NCBI RefSeq assembly: GCF_964204645.1
Contig: NC_134031.1
Span: forward strand, 15,611,807 to 15,675,806
Source: Tubulanus polymorphus
Taxonomy: Eukaryota > Animalia > Nemertea
DNA length: 64,000 nucleotides
Direction of reading: 5' to 3'
Shown here one piece after another: positions 26,432 to 38,700 of the stretch. Every line of letters begins with the position of its first letter. Within the stretch, counting starts at the first letter, position 1. Made by a program: the position numbers and the translations under genes. The notes beneath the pieces were generated by a model, which saw only the letters and a program-made list of their open reading frames with translations, was not told where the DNA came from and did not search any database.

Positions 26432-27304
26432 ATTCCCGAATTATATTCTTTTCATTCAATATTATCCCGACTCGAATCACTACAGAAGGATGTACAATAT
26501 GAAAAACGACTATATTTCCCAGACCGGCTGATATCTACTAAAAATCAGTTTGTTTTGAATAACTTCACACAAAGCGCTCGCCGAGCGATGTCGTTTGATA
26601 CGTTTTCAATTAAATTCGGAATGCATCCTCGTAAATAAAGACTTCTTGGGTTGAAGTCCAGCTCGCGTAATTGCATTCATCCTACAATCATTGATATTGG
26701 TATTAATCTTACGTCAAACGCGAAGAAAGCACGTACCATCGCGTAACAACAACCTCCTGTAAATATATATATATAAGCCTTCGCCGTACGGAAGGAAAAT
26801 TTCACACGATGGGAGCGCTCCGGAGCCTGTCCGCTAAACTGTCCAGAAGCGTGTTAGTCGCTCGGCGATATTTTCATCACTGCAGGTAGTCAAATCGGAC
26901 CACTTTCCGACGTCACCGCTCGTTGACAAGTTCACGCGCTGATTGGTCGACGGGAACAGTTCATTGTCGACAAATCATTACAATTTAGAATTCGAGTTTT
27001 GCCGTGAGTACGTCACAGGGGGCTTCCTAATTAATCGGACGATATTGTCGAGGTGTGAAAAACGTTTTACCCGTTTCGAAACGCCGTCGATTTATTCTCA
27101 GTTGGAAAATACCGAAACATGTCCGCACATAAACCCCATGTGCAACGACGAACGAACTAGACAACTTAATTTTTGTATTGTTTTGATCATTTTGCTTTTA
27201 TTATATCACTACATATCTGACGTGTATTTTGTTCAAGCCGATATTGGAGACCATGGATTATTATTCATTCCAAACAGATATTACACGCGCCCGAGTTGAT
27301 CGAT

Positions 27305-30300
27305 TTATAATTTCGATGCTGGTTTTCTCGCCATCGTGGCCTGGATGTTTCCGGATGGTTTATCAGTTGGAATGAACACCTAAAATAGAAGGCAAATTCT
27401 AAGAAGTTCAGATTTACTTTTTACGGAATGTGACAACCACAGACACAGGCTCGCAACAGCTGAACGAGCATCTTAGCGATCTAATATAGAAAATCTCACA
27501 CCCAAAAAGAAAATGAAAAGAGTCTGAAAAGCTTTCTTTAAGTTAGGGATTAATTTTCGACTTCTTCCTCATAGTCATCGTCAGAGGAATGAAAATCTTA
27601 AAAGCATTTTGCTTATTGGGCCCCTTAAGTTCATCGATATCATAATTTCTGTAACATATTGTGTTATATTATATTATAATTTCGATGTAAATAAACATGA
27701 CTATTATTATCATTATCATCATTATTGTCATTATTATCATTAAAATGAATACCAGAAGATGACTATTAGTATTTAGTCAAACGTCGAAATTAAATCATTA
27801 ACTAGAGAAAACTTTATCGGGTTTCTTCTTCGTTTTTTTTTTCTTTTTGAGTGTGGGATTTCTTTTATGGTCGTTACAGCACGGTCAGAGCGTTCATCAA
27901 TGGTGATCTTATCAATTAATCTTCAACATCGAAGATGCTGTCAAGCTGAATCGCGGTATTTTTGCCCTACCTCGTCATTTCTAGTAATATTCAGCCTTTT
28001 GAATTTAGAGAAGTCCGCCTCGTAATGGTGAACATTCGGCAATTCTATATCCATTGACTCAATCTGCAAAAACAAATGAACATATTATACTTGTAAGTCG
28101 TTATTCAGCGACAAGGATTTTGATGATAGTATTGCATCGTTTATACCTCGGGAATCTTCTCGAGGACTCGTTTTTCTGTGAGGTACAAAGTCTGTTGTAC
28201 GGACGGCGAGAATACTCCAGTATCGGCCGGTCCGGCGAACGTGTCCAGTATTTCACCTTTTACCTTATGCCTTTTGATAGCGGTTTTCGAAAATGAAATG
28301 TTAAGGAAATTCGTTAACAATAAAAACCAAGCTCAATCACACAGTCGAATTCAGGTAAGTCGTCAAAGATAGGGCCATTATTACGCTGACGACTTATCAG
28401 AATGACATTTACACTTAGTTAAATTGAAATGTAAATACAAACTGTGACTCAAACATAGAGACTTTGTAATGTGACGACTTATCCGATGACGTCTTTAAAA
28501 GTTACTTCAGTCAGACTTGGTAAGCTCATTATTATTGGTTAGCTCATTAGTATCATATTGGTTAGTTCATTATCATTGGTTAGCTCATTATTTTTTGTTT
28601 ATAGTTCATTGTTATTTGTTACCTCATTATCATTGGTTACTATTATTTAATATTATTATCAATATTGATATTACTATTGGTTACCTCATTATCTGGTTAG
28701 CTTAATTCTATTAGTAGGTTGATTATTATTGGTTAGTTCAGTTAGTAACTGGCTTGTTAGATGATTACATCTTAATCACGCTGTTATCATAGTTTATTAT
28801 GTGTGCATTTTGTGTGTTCAGGGTTGACTGTGAGCGTGTTTCTTCTTCATTGCATTTCTCTTTTTCACTTTTTCTTCACTTTTCTCTTTTGAGGGACCTG
28901 TTTTATGTAAACTTTTTTTTTATTTTCTACAGAACCCTCCAAGTCTGATTTACTGTATTTTGTATTATGCTTTTGTACACTATGCTGTAAATTATATTTG
29001 AAAAATAAAGCGTTCATTCATTCATTCATTCATTCATTCATTATTATTGGTTAGCTCATTATAATTATTGCATAGTTCATTGTTAGTGGTTAGCTCATCA
29101 TTATTGGTTAGTACGTTATTATTGGTTAGTTCATTATTATTGGAAAGTACGTTATTATTGGTTAGTTCGGTTTACAAAATGATTATTTATTCGGACAGAA
29201 TTCTTTTCGATGGAAATAACCTACCAGGTTTTACAAAAGTCGACGCCGGTTGATCTGTTGTACTTCCAGTGCGAAGAAACGACCGTACAAAAAATTCGGT
29301 CGTCCATATCCGGCAGCGTTCGGAATTCATCGTCGACGAAATCGACGAAAGCCGATTGCGTGGTTTTCATAACTTTCAAGCCCTTGACACCGGAAGTAAT
29401 TCTCGGAGGTCCTGCGTGAAATTTAGATTAATGATAGCGAAAAATGGAACTTGATAAATTCTAGAAGTATTCATAAGGAATTAAACTGGCATACCATAGC
29501 GTTCTTGTTCCACCTTACAGAAACGGATGGATTCAGGGCTGGCTATAAATGCGTGATTATGTTCTTTGCCATTTTCCTGAAAAAAAATGTATTCTAATTT
29601 CCGCCTCTTAACGAGGCAATATGATATTTCTGATTAATACATGAACCTCATCAATAATGAAAGAACCCAGTAGACATTATACTACAGAAAGAACCTCGTT
29701 AATACGGTTCTGTTCAAGACGAACCCCGGTTTATAATGATGATTTCCAGCATGTCCCAGCTAACATGTTTATATCAATAAAGCTTTACATAATACTAAAC
29801 CCGTTACAATATAATTTCACTTTTGCCCCATACAAGAATCGTATTAACAAAGTTCCACTGTTTAAATCTAAAATTTAAAGGGACGAAAGAGAGTCCGAAA
29901 TGTCGCATCTATTTATCTTCTAGTTTAATTCTTTGCGTTTTCAATCTTTCAAATTTGTATATGTGCAGCCCCATTATCCTGTTACATTTTTCTTCGTTTA
30001 ATCATATTCTGTTATATCGTCTAATAATGTAACATTTTAATGAAAATAAATTTCAATTTCAACATATAGCGGGTTTGAATCACAGATTCTGCACATTCGT
30101 ATGTGGCCATTCTAATAGGCTATTGTCGAAAAAAAAGTTGCGTCATCACCAATATGAATTAAGATCAATATTCGGCCCACTTACGACGATCCGTCTCCAG
30201 TTGTATTGATCGATGCTGATCTCGGCTTTCGACACGTGCGGGTACTTATTCAAAAAGTGCTTAGTCAGTTGCATGGCGAAGATTTCAATGCATCGCACCT

Positions 30301-31300
30301 ACACATATGAAAAACAACACAATAATTCGTGAATAATTCATGGCTCTCGTAGCGTTTTTAAGTAGTTTCAACCGTATTGAATATTTCATATATTTCAGAA
30401 ATATCGAGTATACGTAGAAAAGGTATCTGATTTCTGCCTACGTGTGACAGGTCGTGCATACCTTAAGTAATAACGTCCACAGAGGTGAAAATGATAAAGG
30501 GCCAGGACAAAAGGATTTGACGATGTTGACCTCGATTTTGGCCAGATTTTTATGAACAATAACCCACGATTTCTTTAGAAGTCAGTCTTATATCGGTTTA
30601 TTATTGGCCGTTTGATCGACTTTCAATTTTATAATCACGATAAAATCGTTATCTATTTATCGATCTATATTGTAGATTGTGACATTAACTTGACGGATAT
30701 TTTCACCCAGTGGGGCCAACAATATTATTGAATTTCGCAAATTCTAGCAAACGATCTGTTCTGGGCTCGTAAACGATCGGTTTGATAGCCAGGGCCAAAT
30801 TCGGTTTTCGTATCTTGTCGACTAGTGGTCGGAAGTGATAACCGAATGCGTTTGATTTCCGAACTATTTCCGGAATATATAGTTCCGACTAACTGAAATT
30901 CGGTTTCACTTAGTTTGACTGGTAGTCGACTAACACAGATAACCTAAGTTGGCCCTGTGGATAGGCCGTATTCAACAACACCGTTTCAATTTCTAATTTT
31001 GGTGCATTTGACCAAAAAGAAAATCATAGATTTCGTGTTGTAGTAAAGCTAGTTGGGCATTTGAGTAAAGATTTACATATACATACATACCCCGTGTTCT
31101 TTAGCTAATACATAGACGGTGTTTTTCTGGCTGTCCGTGGCTATGATGTCACGGTTGTCTCCGTCAACGAAGTCTTTGATCGTGCTCAACGTCAGACGAG
31201 TGTTCACTTCGACATCTTTGATGTAGTGGACGTTACCTTCGCGTCTCACGTGGAACAAACGCACGTTGTTTTTGCCGTATCCTCGATCGACGATCTCCAT
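27305..31300 (-). CDS. UOX: Urate oxidase (uricase), peroxisomal. Exons 31300-31091, 30298-30185, 29576-29495, 29411-29225, 28270-28147, 28063-27971, 27379-27305
   Basis: YGKNNV, GDNRDIIATDSQKNTVYVLAK, HNHAF, LKVMKTTQSAF..DEFRTLPD..DRI, FSPSVQQTLY, LPNVHH, PTDKPSGNI; ends in the PTS1 signal SKL*. All junctions are GT-AG and in phase. Confidence 0.96.
27480..27910. mobile_element. Older hammerhead fold-back copy in the last uricase intron
   Basis: Minus strand CTGACGA-T-GACT..AGTC-GAAA (27584-27552); plus strand AGAAGATGACTATTAGTATTTAGTC-AAACGTC (27754-27786); tail acagcacggtcagagcgttcatcaatggtgat resembles 6405-6437. Confidence 0.6.
28517..29168. repeat. ~18-bp minisatellite (ttattattggttag(c/t)tca) interrupted by a LINE 3' end
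   Basis: Many tandem degenerate units at 28517-28745 and 29040-29168. Confidence 0.85.
28770..29042 (+). mobile_element. 3' UTR/tail of an L2/CR1-type LINE or dependent SINE
   Basis: AATAAA followed by (TTCA)7, inserted within the minisatellite. Confidence 0.5.
30790..30958. mobile_element. MITE
   Basis: Termini CAGGGCCAA / TTGGCCCTG with internal inverted gtcgacta segments. Confidence 0.55.
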
Positions 31301-32782
31301 TTCTGAAGCTATGAGAAACCTAGTGAAGCGCCAGTTCTTTAATGAGCCGAAATGCAGAATTTGAGGAACAAACCTTCTCTGATTGAATCTAATGTTAACT
31401 ATAAACACCTTATGGGCTTGTTTTGACTTAGGCTTGACTAATACCAACTTGAACCCCGATGCTAACTCAATTCGTGTTCAATATACCCCCTGGTTAAGTT
31501 AATACCAGTCTATAATCAACACCAGCCTCAAAACAAGGTGACTGAATATTTTGAGCTATTTTGAATAATTTCGAATATACATGTTCTTTTCGAATGATAT
31601 AATCACGTATACCGTCACGGACCTCCCTAAGATTACGTACCTTATCGAGCAGTAGTACTACCAGGGATATGAGTACAAGTGAACAATATCACGAGAAGAA
31701 CTCTATATGATATGAGTACTGAGTCCAATGTGCCAGGTATGACCTGCGTTATCTTCAAAAATCACTGACAACATTTGCGAACAGTATGTGGTAATCCCGA
31801 ATTAAAGGCCTCAAAACTATCATTATTATCTTTAATTGGCAATGCATACAATTTTCATAACTATTTTCCGCAGTGCTCGAAAGAGACTAGTGTGATATAC
31901 ATATGGATATATACGGATTACACAAATACATATCGTTTAATAATGCGAATTGAAACAGCGACGAACTAATGACCCAATTTTTGTCAGTTTCAATCATACC
32001 AGACCACATACTGATATACAGTACGTGATCACTGGTATTTAATACAATATGTACATAAAATCTGGCGCCTGTGTGTTCTGTGTGCTTATTGCTATTCAAT
32101 CCAAATAATTTAGTTTTGAATGTAAAACAAAATTTATAATCGATATAATAATGTTATAAACATATAAATAATTTTTTCGAAAGGGATGTTCGCTCTGGCA
32201 TGAGCATGCACCGATTACACATAGAAGCAGCGCCGCCTAATGTCGCGAAATAGACGACGTGAGGTCTGGTAGATTTGTATATCCTTCCGACGGGCCCTGT
32301 AAATAGCCGACTGGCGCGCAAAGCTCGCACGCAACCGTATTTCCTGCAGCGGAAACTTCTCACCGACCCGTTGCGTGAATGTGGGAGCGATCGGAGCGTT
32401 CCGTTTCTATTTACCTCATTATTCTCCCTGTCACTCTCTCTATCTCTTCGTCTGAATTCGGGAGGCTATTTTTCCATCGATTCCGATCGCCAATTGAGCC
32501 ACACGAACATACATATCGATATTGGAAAAAAAGCTACAGGTTCTGAAGTGTGTTTGTTTTATGGGTGAAATCGAAGTTAGATGAAAAGCCTGCAATCGAT
32601 CGATAACGATGGGAATATAGAAAATCATCGGGTTATTTTATGTATACATGATTGGAAAAATGAATTCAAGCTGCCGGAGTGCGTTGCGGTGCCGCGTGTT
32701 TAAAATGCACGCGAGTGTCCGCGTTTTATAATCGAATATCGAATGTTCTTTTAACAGAGTTTGAATAACGCCAATTTACAAT

Positions 32783-35700
32783 ATGTTACTCGGAGATGTG
32801 CAGATATTGTGGGCAACGTTTCGGGTAGGATTTCTCTGGATACTGTGGATAATGTTTCAGACGAGGTATGTAACGTTAAATGTGTTACGTAATATTTTAA
32901 GAACGTTGATACGTTTTGCAGTTTCGCGTCAATATTCTGTTGTACGGACGGTTTAGTCAACTATATTCGAATACGGTTGAATAATCCGTAACAGCTTCAT
33001 TTAAAATAACTATTAATTAATAATTGATATGATTAATATTAGGCCTTGATAATTGATAATAATAATAATCTTTCTTTAATTGAAAATAAGTGGTTTTAAA
33101 ACCGTAAACTAGTTTTAAAACTGGAAAACCGTTTTGCCGCAAGTTTTGTTTTGTTATGAAATCCGTTTCAAAGATTCGAACTTTTGTCAGTGGCGCATTT
33201 AGGGGTGGTCTCGGAGGTCCGGACCCCTGCCTTCCCATTAAGTTTGCCTCTTTTCAAGACGATGATTGTTAAAACCAGATTTGACATTCATACGTTCGGA
33301 AGTTGCATATTTTCCGATATATTTCTTAGAAAATATCTAACGCTGTGGGTGGGACCTGCTAGTATCCTATAACCTGGATGCTTTCTTCGAAAAAATTCCC
33401 TTTTCTTTTCTTTTCATCTGAACTCCAGCCTCCTAAATTTCAGAACTGTTCCTGTTAATATATTATACTCCAAGATTATAGCGAAGAACAGAAAAAGGAG
33501 ACTCCAATGATGTGCGGTATATATTATAGCAGATGACTGTGTTTTGTCATAGGCCTACAAGTATTTCCAAAGTTACTTGATGATGAGGTGTCATTAGATC
33601 TCATTCTTTCTACCAACTTCTCCATGGACATAACCATGTTCTGTGTTCCTGGATGAAATTAGTATCTAGTTCATTTTCCATCAACGTCTTCTACAATTAA
33701 CGAGATTTTCTCCTGACAGCGATTATTATAGTTATTATACAAAAAGGTTTATTAAAAATTAAGAATTTAAGTTTCGCCGAGAAAGTTCAAACATCTTGAA
33801 ATGATTAATGGCCAATAATATATGGTAGGACTCGCTGCCTGAGATCTCACGGGAACAATCAATTTTACTCGCGGAGGGCCTGCCGGCAAGAATTTTACGT
33901 ACATTCTAATAAAAAATTTAGGGTACATCTTTATGCAAATTTTAGTGCATACTGCTTTAATCAGTACTGTGGACTTTGGATCAGAGTCGGGTGGAATTTT
34001 GACATGTAATTTTCCAAAGGGCACTTGGTTCGGACCCCCGGAACCCCTGGACCCGCAACTGACATTGTTTTCCCTTTCTGTTGAGTTAAAAAGTTGACCC
34101 AGCCGGCCGCCTATCTACCCTGTACATTACTTCTCTTTCAATCATGATCAGGCTAACTGTTACAGACCCGGGAGCTATAGAAATGAACTGATTAGGAATT
34201 TATTGCAGTTTTCGAAAGTGACCCGGCCGATTATAACAAGGTATCATTTTTCGCCTAAACATGATGTAATCGAGAGCGCAATCTATACTGAAAATCCTCC
34301 ATAGTTGTATAGGACAAACTTTGATTCATTCATTAACATCCACTTATATCTCGTAGTGCGCTGTAAAATGCGTATAGCAATGTTTCTTTCGATAACGTGG
34401 CATATATTCATCTATAATATTCAGACATCATGTTTGTTTGTCTTGTGGTCTCAAACAAAACATACAGACGATACAAAATTTAACTTTTGAAATGGGGAGA
34501 AACTTGCAAATATTAAGAAAATTCCTTCTTTTTTGGTATTAAAAACACATCCCAGTGAACAAAGATAGCCTATATACATATGCTTACAAAGAATGAAAAC
34601 ATTTTTTCAAAATTTTGCCAACATGATTTTATCGATTATCCGATGAAGCCGGTTCTATGTGCAATAGTTCAAATTTCCTTCAGGTCCGGTTTTGCGTTCA
34701 CATTCCGGGAACACGTCGACTATGTGATGAACTCTACCTACGACAGAAGAAGCCATCCTTTAGAAGCAGAAGGTAAAAAACCCGATGATAATACAAAATT
34801 GTATATAGAAATCAATTGAGACAATCAAGAAAATATTCGTTTCTGTTTAGCAGTACGAATCTTATTTCACGCGTTATCAATATCAATCGATTTTATATCC
34901 GTTACTTGCAATATTAAATACAATGTACATTCAAGCGTAGTTGAAGCGTAGTGAGTTGTTTCATTCACAATGACGTAGCATTCGACCCGCTGTTGTTGAG
35001 AGGTCGTACATACACACTCAATTCCCTCTTCATTTTTGATATAGATTTCTAAAATCGATTACCTTTCATCATTAACTCAGGAAAACAGACAGTATATATT
35101 ACGTACTTTTGAATTATCATATCGCCGTATATTGATATAACGACCAGAAGAGCTAACGTGTGGATATCGAGAACACTATACGGGTGAATGGGTGAATAGA
35201 GAATACTCGGTAACACCGGATCGCCTGATAAAACCAACTATTACACAGATTTAACTTAAAACCAAAATTATACTCAATTTTAAAGTCTCGTCAGCTGCGA
35301 GGGAAACCTAACCTGACGATGATCTCGTGATGTATAGTGGGTTTTTATTATATTATCTGTTCTCCTCGTTTGAGTGTGGTTATTCTACTATGTGTCGAGA
35401 TAACTCCCAGACCTTCTAATCTGATTCCAGACCCGTGCCGAGAGGGGGTTCGGTAGTACCGAACGGACCCCCTGAAATTTTCAAAATGCCCTATAAAAAG
35501 TCAGTGGCAACATATTTGGGTCAATATTTTTCGAAATTGTTCATTTTTTTTTTAATGGAAATTGAAAATTTTTCATTTTCAAATGATTCATTCAGATACC
35601 CGGGCACCTTCATATTTAAGATCCGTCGTTTATCAACAGGAAGGTACCACTTTTTGGTAAAAAGTACCCTTTCTCTTGAAATAGAACTGCCCCTCGAAAA

Positions 35701-38700
35701 AGTTCGGCACGGGCCTGCTGATACCGGGCTCCTACAGATAAAATGGACCTTAGTAATAGCAAACATAGTTTTGATTAAATACCATTTGCTCATCGGGTAC
35801 GCCCATTGGCGCCGATTCTGTATTTATCGCTACACATTGTTCACATTTTAAGGTTATGATAGTTCCCGATGGAGAATGGATTTATGTCCGTTGTCGTAAA
35901 CGTATAGTTGTCTAGTTTTACGATTAAGCGATCCGTGAAATGGCCGTTTTTACGGCACGTGTGTGGTGCGGTTGTCGCTTTGAAAATATCCATTACGAAA
36001 TTTACTGAATTCGCACTAAAATTGCTGCCACGAACCGGATCTTCCCGGATTCCCTGATATCTTCACGTCCCCTCCTCGTAATCAGTAGATCAGAAATAAT
36101 CCACCAGGATCGCTAGTGGCACTAGTTCATCGTAAAAATATTTTGAATTTGATCTCTTTTGGCAATCTTGATATTCTTCCTACAATCCACCTTGCAAAGT
36201 TCAGGCTTAGGTGTACATAGATCCCTCCAATAATTAGTATGTTAGTATTGAAGTTTATAATATTTTCTGTTGATTGTAAATATCATATATTTCATAGTCT
36301 CCCCCCATGCCATAGAAATGGTCGGAGTGTAAATGAGATCCTGTTCCTAATCCGTATCCTGTCGAGCTTCAATTTCCGTCTACATTTAAATTAAATTCAA
36401 ATCGACTTTTCTCATTAGTAAATCAATTTTCAGTGAAATCTCTACCCAGACACTGAGTGAGAAAGCGGATCTTATATTTATTCGATGACTCGTTTGATGA
36501 TATCCGGATGTAGAAGCCTAACAGTCAAGTTCGAAATGAAATTTCATCCAAAAATCACCCGTTATTTTGTTTTGTTGCGCCATCTGGTGAGTGCCGGTAT
36601 CAAATTAGTCGCTTCACCACCCAAGGGCAACCATCGACCGATGTACTGACAGGCACCAGATGGCGTGACTGTACGGTCAGGCTAAAACAGTATCTGGAAA
36701 GCAAACCAAACTTAATTCAATACTTTATAAAATATCTTTCAATTTGTTTTTAATAAGGGATAAATACCGATACCTCCATCGTATTAAGGAACATAACTGT
36801 TCAATGACCTCGTGGGTGATCAAAAACTTCAAATAGTTGCTTTTTGTTTCTTGTACCTAGGTGGAATCGTTGTCGTCAAGATTAATCTTCACGTCAACGA
36901 GATAAGCTCGGTAAACGACTTCTCTATGGTAAGTTTTTCATGCAGAAATCTCTCTTAAGACAAAAACCGAGCATAAATAATGTGTTTCGAGAAAGCGTCG
37001 TTTAATACTAACGAATAACAAAATGATGACGTAGTTAAACAATAGCAATCAAGATTCCCTTTCTAACTCAAAGTTCACCGACTGGATCCTCGGGCGAAGC
37101 TAAATTGGCTCATTTATTTCGACCGGTTCGTTTTGTCTCGCGGAAACACACGAATTAGTGGAGATAACCGCGCAAATGATGACGACAGACCGATCAAATA
37201 GTTCCATATTCACGTGCACGTCGAAACCGCAATCCTTAACTAACTTCGTCGTCATTTATTTCAATTACAGGACTATCGTATGTCGTTCTACTTGCGTCAG
37301 AGATGGAACGACCCCAGACTGTCGTCGAATAATTTCCACAACTCGAACGTTCTCGTACTGCGGTATCCGGATTACACTAAACTCTGGCTGACGGACTTAT
37401 TTTTCACCAACGAAAAGAAATCGTCGTTCCACGAAGTCACGTCGCATAATTCCTATACTAAGGTCTACCCCGACGGCAATATATTATTTAGCCAAAGGTA
37501 CCAGCATAATTCTGTACTAACATTATCTTGATTCATTCACGATCATAGACGGAGTATTATATCCGTGTTGTAATAGCGATGATATCGAAGATCCCACAGT
37601 AAGAAATGTTTCCTTGAGCTAGTTGTTTTATTCGATATTTCAACTATATCATTATAGTTATCTTCGGTAATATTTAAATGCTTATACTACTTATAAGGTG
37701 ACTATTTGATCTTAAATAGGGATTGTCCCAATTACTTATTTGATTGGTAGATTCTGTTTGATTTGTCTTGATGTGGCATCCCTGTCAGACCCACCACACC
37801 TGCGGGGAGTGGAACAAGGGGTTTGAATTTGAAATCAAAAATCGAAGTACGGATATAGTTGTGTGATCAGCGGTCGAAAGAACAGAATTTTCTGTTAAAA
37901 TTGAAGAACATAATTGGAAATTTCGGTTCCGGTTCATGCAAACAATCATCCAGCCAGTGTGAATAAGATGACTATCAGGATATAATCCAAACGGTGAATA
38001 AACTACTAGCTCAAGGAAACATTTCGGACTTTATTTTTCATTCCCAGCATGGGATTTGGATGTATACGATTTATGTTTATATAATTCTGATTGAACAGTT
38101 CAGGGTACTGAATTCACACCACATTTCATTTTACCAAAGTATCCACATTATCCCATATACACTGACGTGGGCGTTTCATGTTAGCACTCAACTGCACCGA
38201 GAGTTCTAACCTACACGCTCATCATCAAATCGTAATAACATCGGTCTTGTATCGATTGATCGAATACCGGTAATATTTTTCTACGGTAAAACACTTTTCA
38301 GTTCGTCCTGTGTTGGAGAGAGATCGCACGGCGTAACGAAACAAATCGAAAAAAAAACCCGCGTCGATTTCATATCGGAGATAGAGTTGTGATTTATTAT
38401 TCTGACGCCGATATGCATCGTGTACCAACTTGACCGCGAGCATGGATTGAAGTCGTCATTAATTACCGTTAATCTATTTTCAACACACAGCACGCTGCAC
38501 GTAAAGCTCTTATCGGCAATTAGAAAAAATCGACAACTCCAACTTGAGCTACGTATGTGGTGCTACGTCGGTGCGAAAATAGATGTGATGGTCCACTTCA
38601 TATATCATATTTTTAGAATGGCGAATTCTGAAAATTGAGAATGGCGAATTCTGAAATCGAAAACCTGCCAGGTTTAATATCATATCAATATCTAGTCCTA

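Noticed and set aside
28517-29253. Hydrophobic ORFs (MVSSLLLVSS..., MHSSLLVVSS...)
   Set aside because: Translations of the 18-bp minisatellite within a uricase intron.
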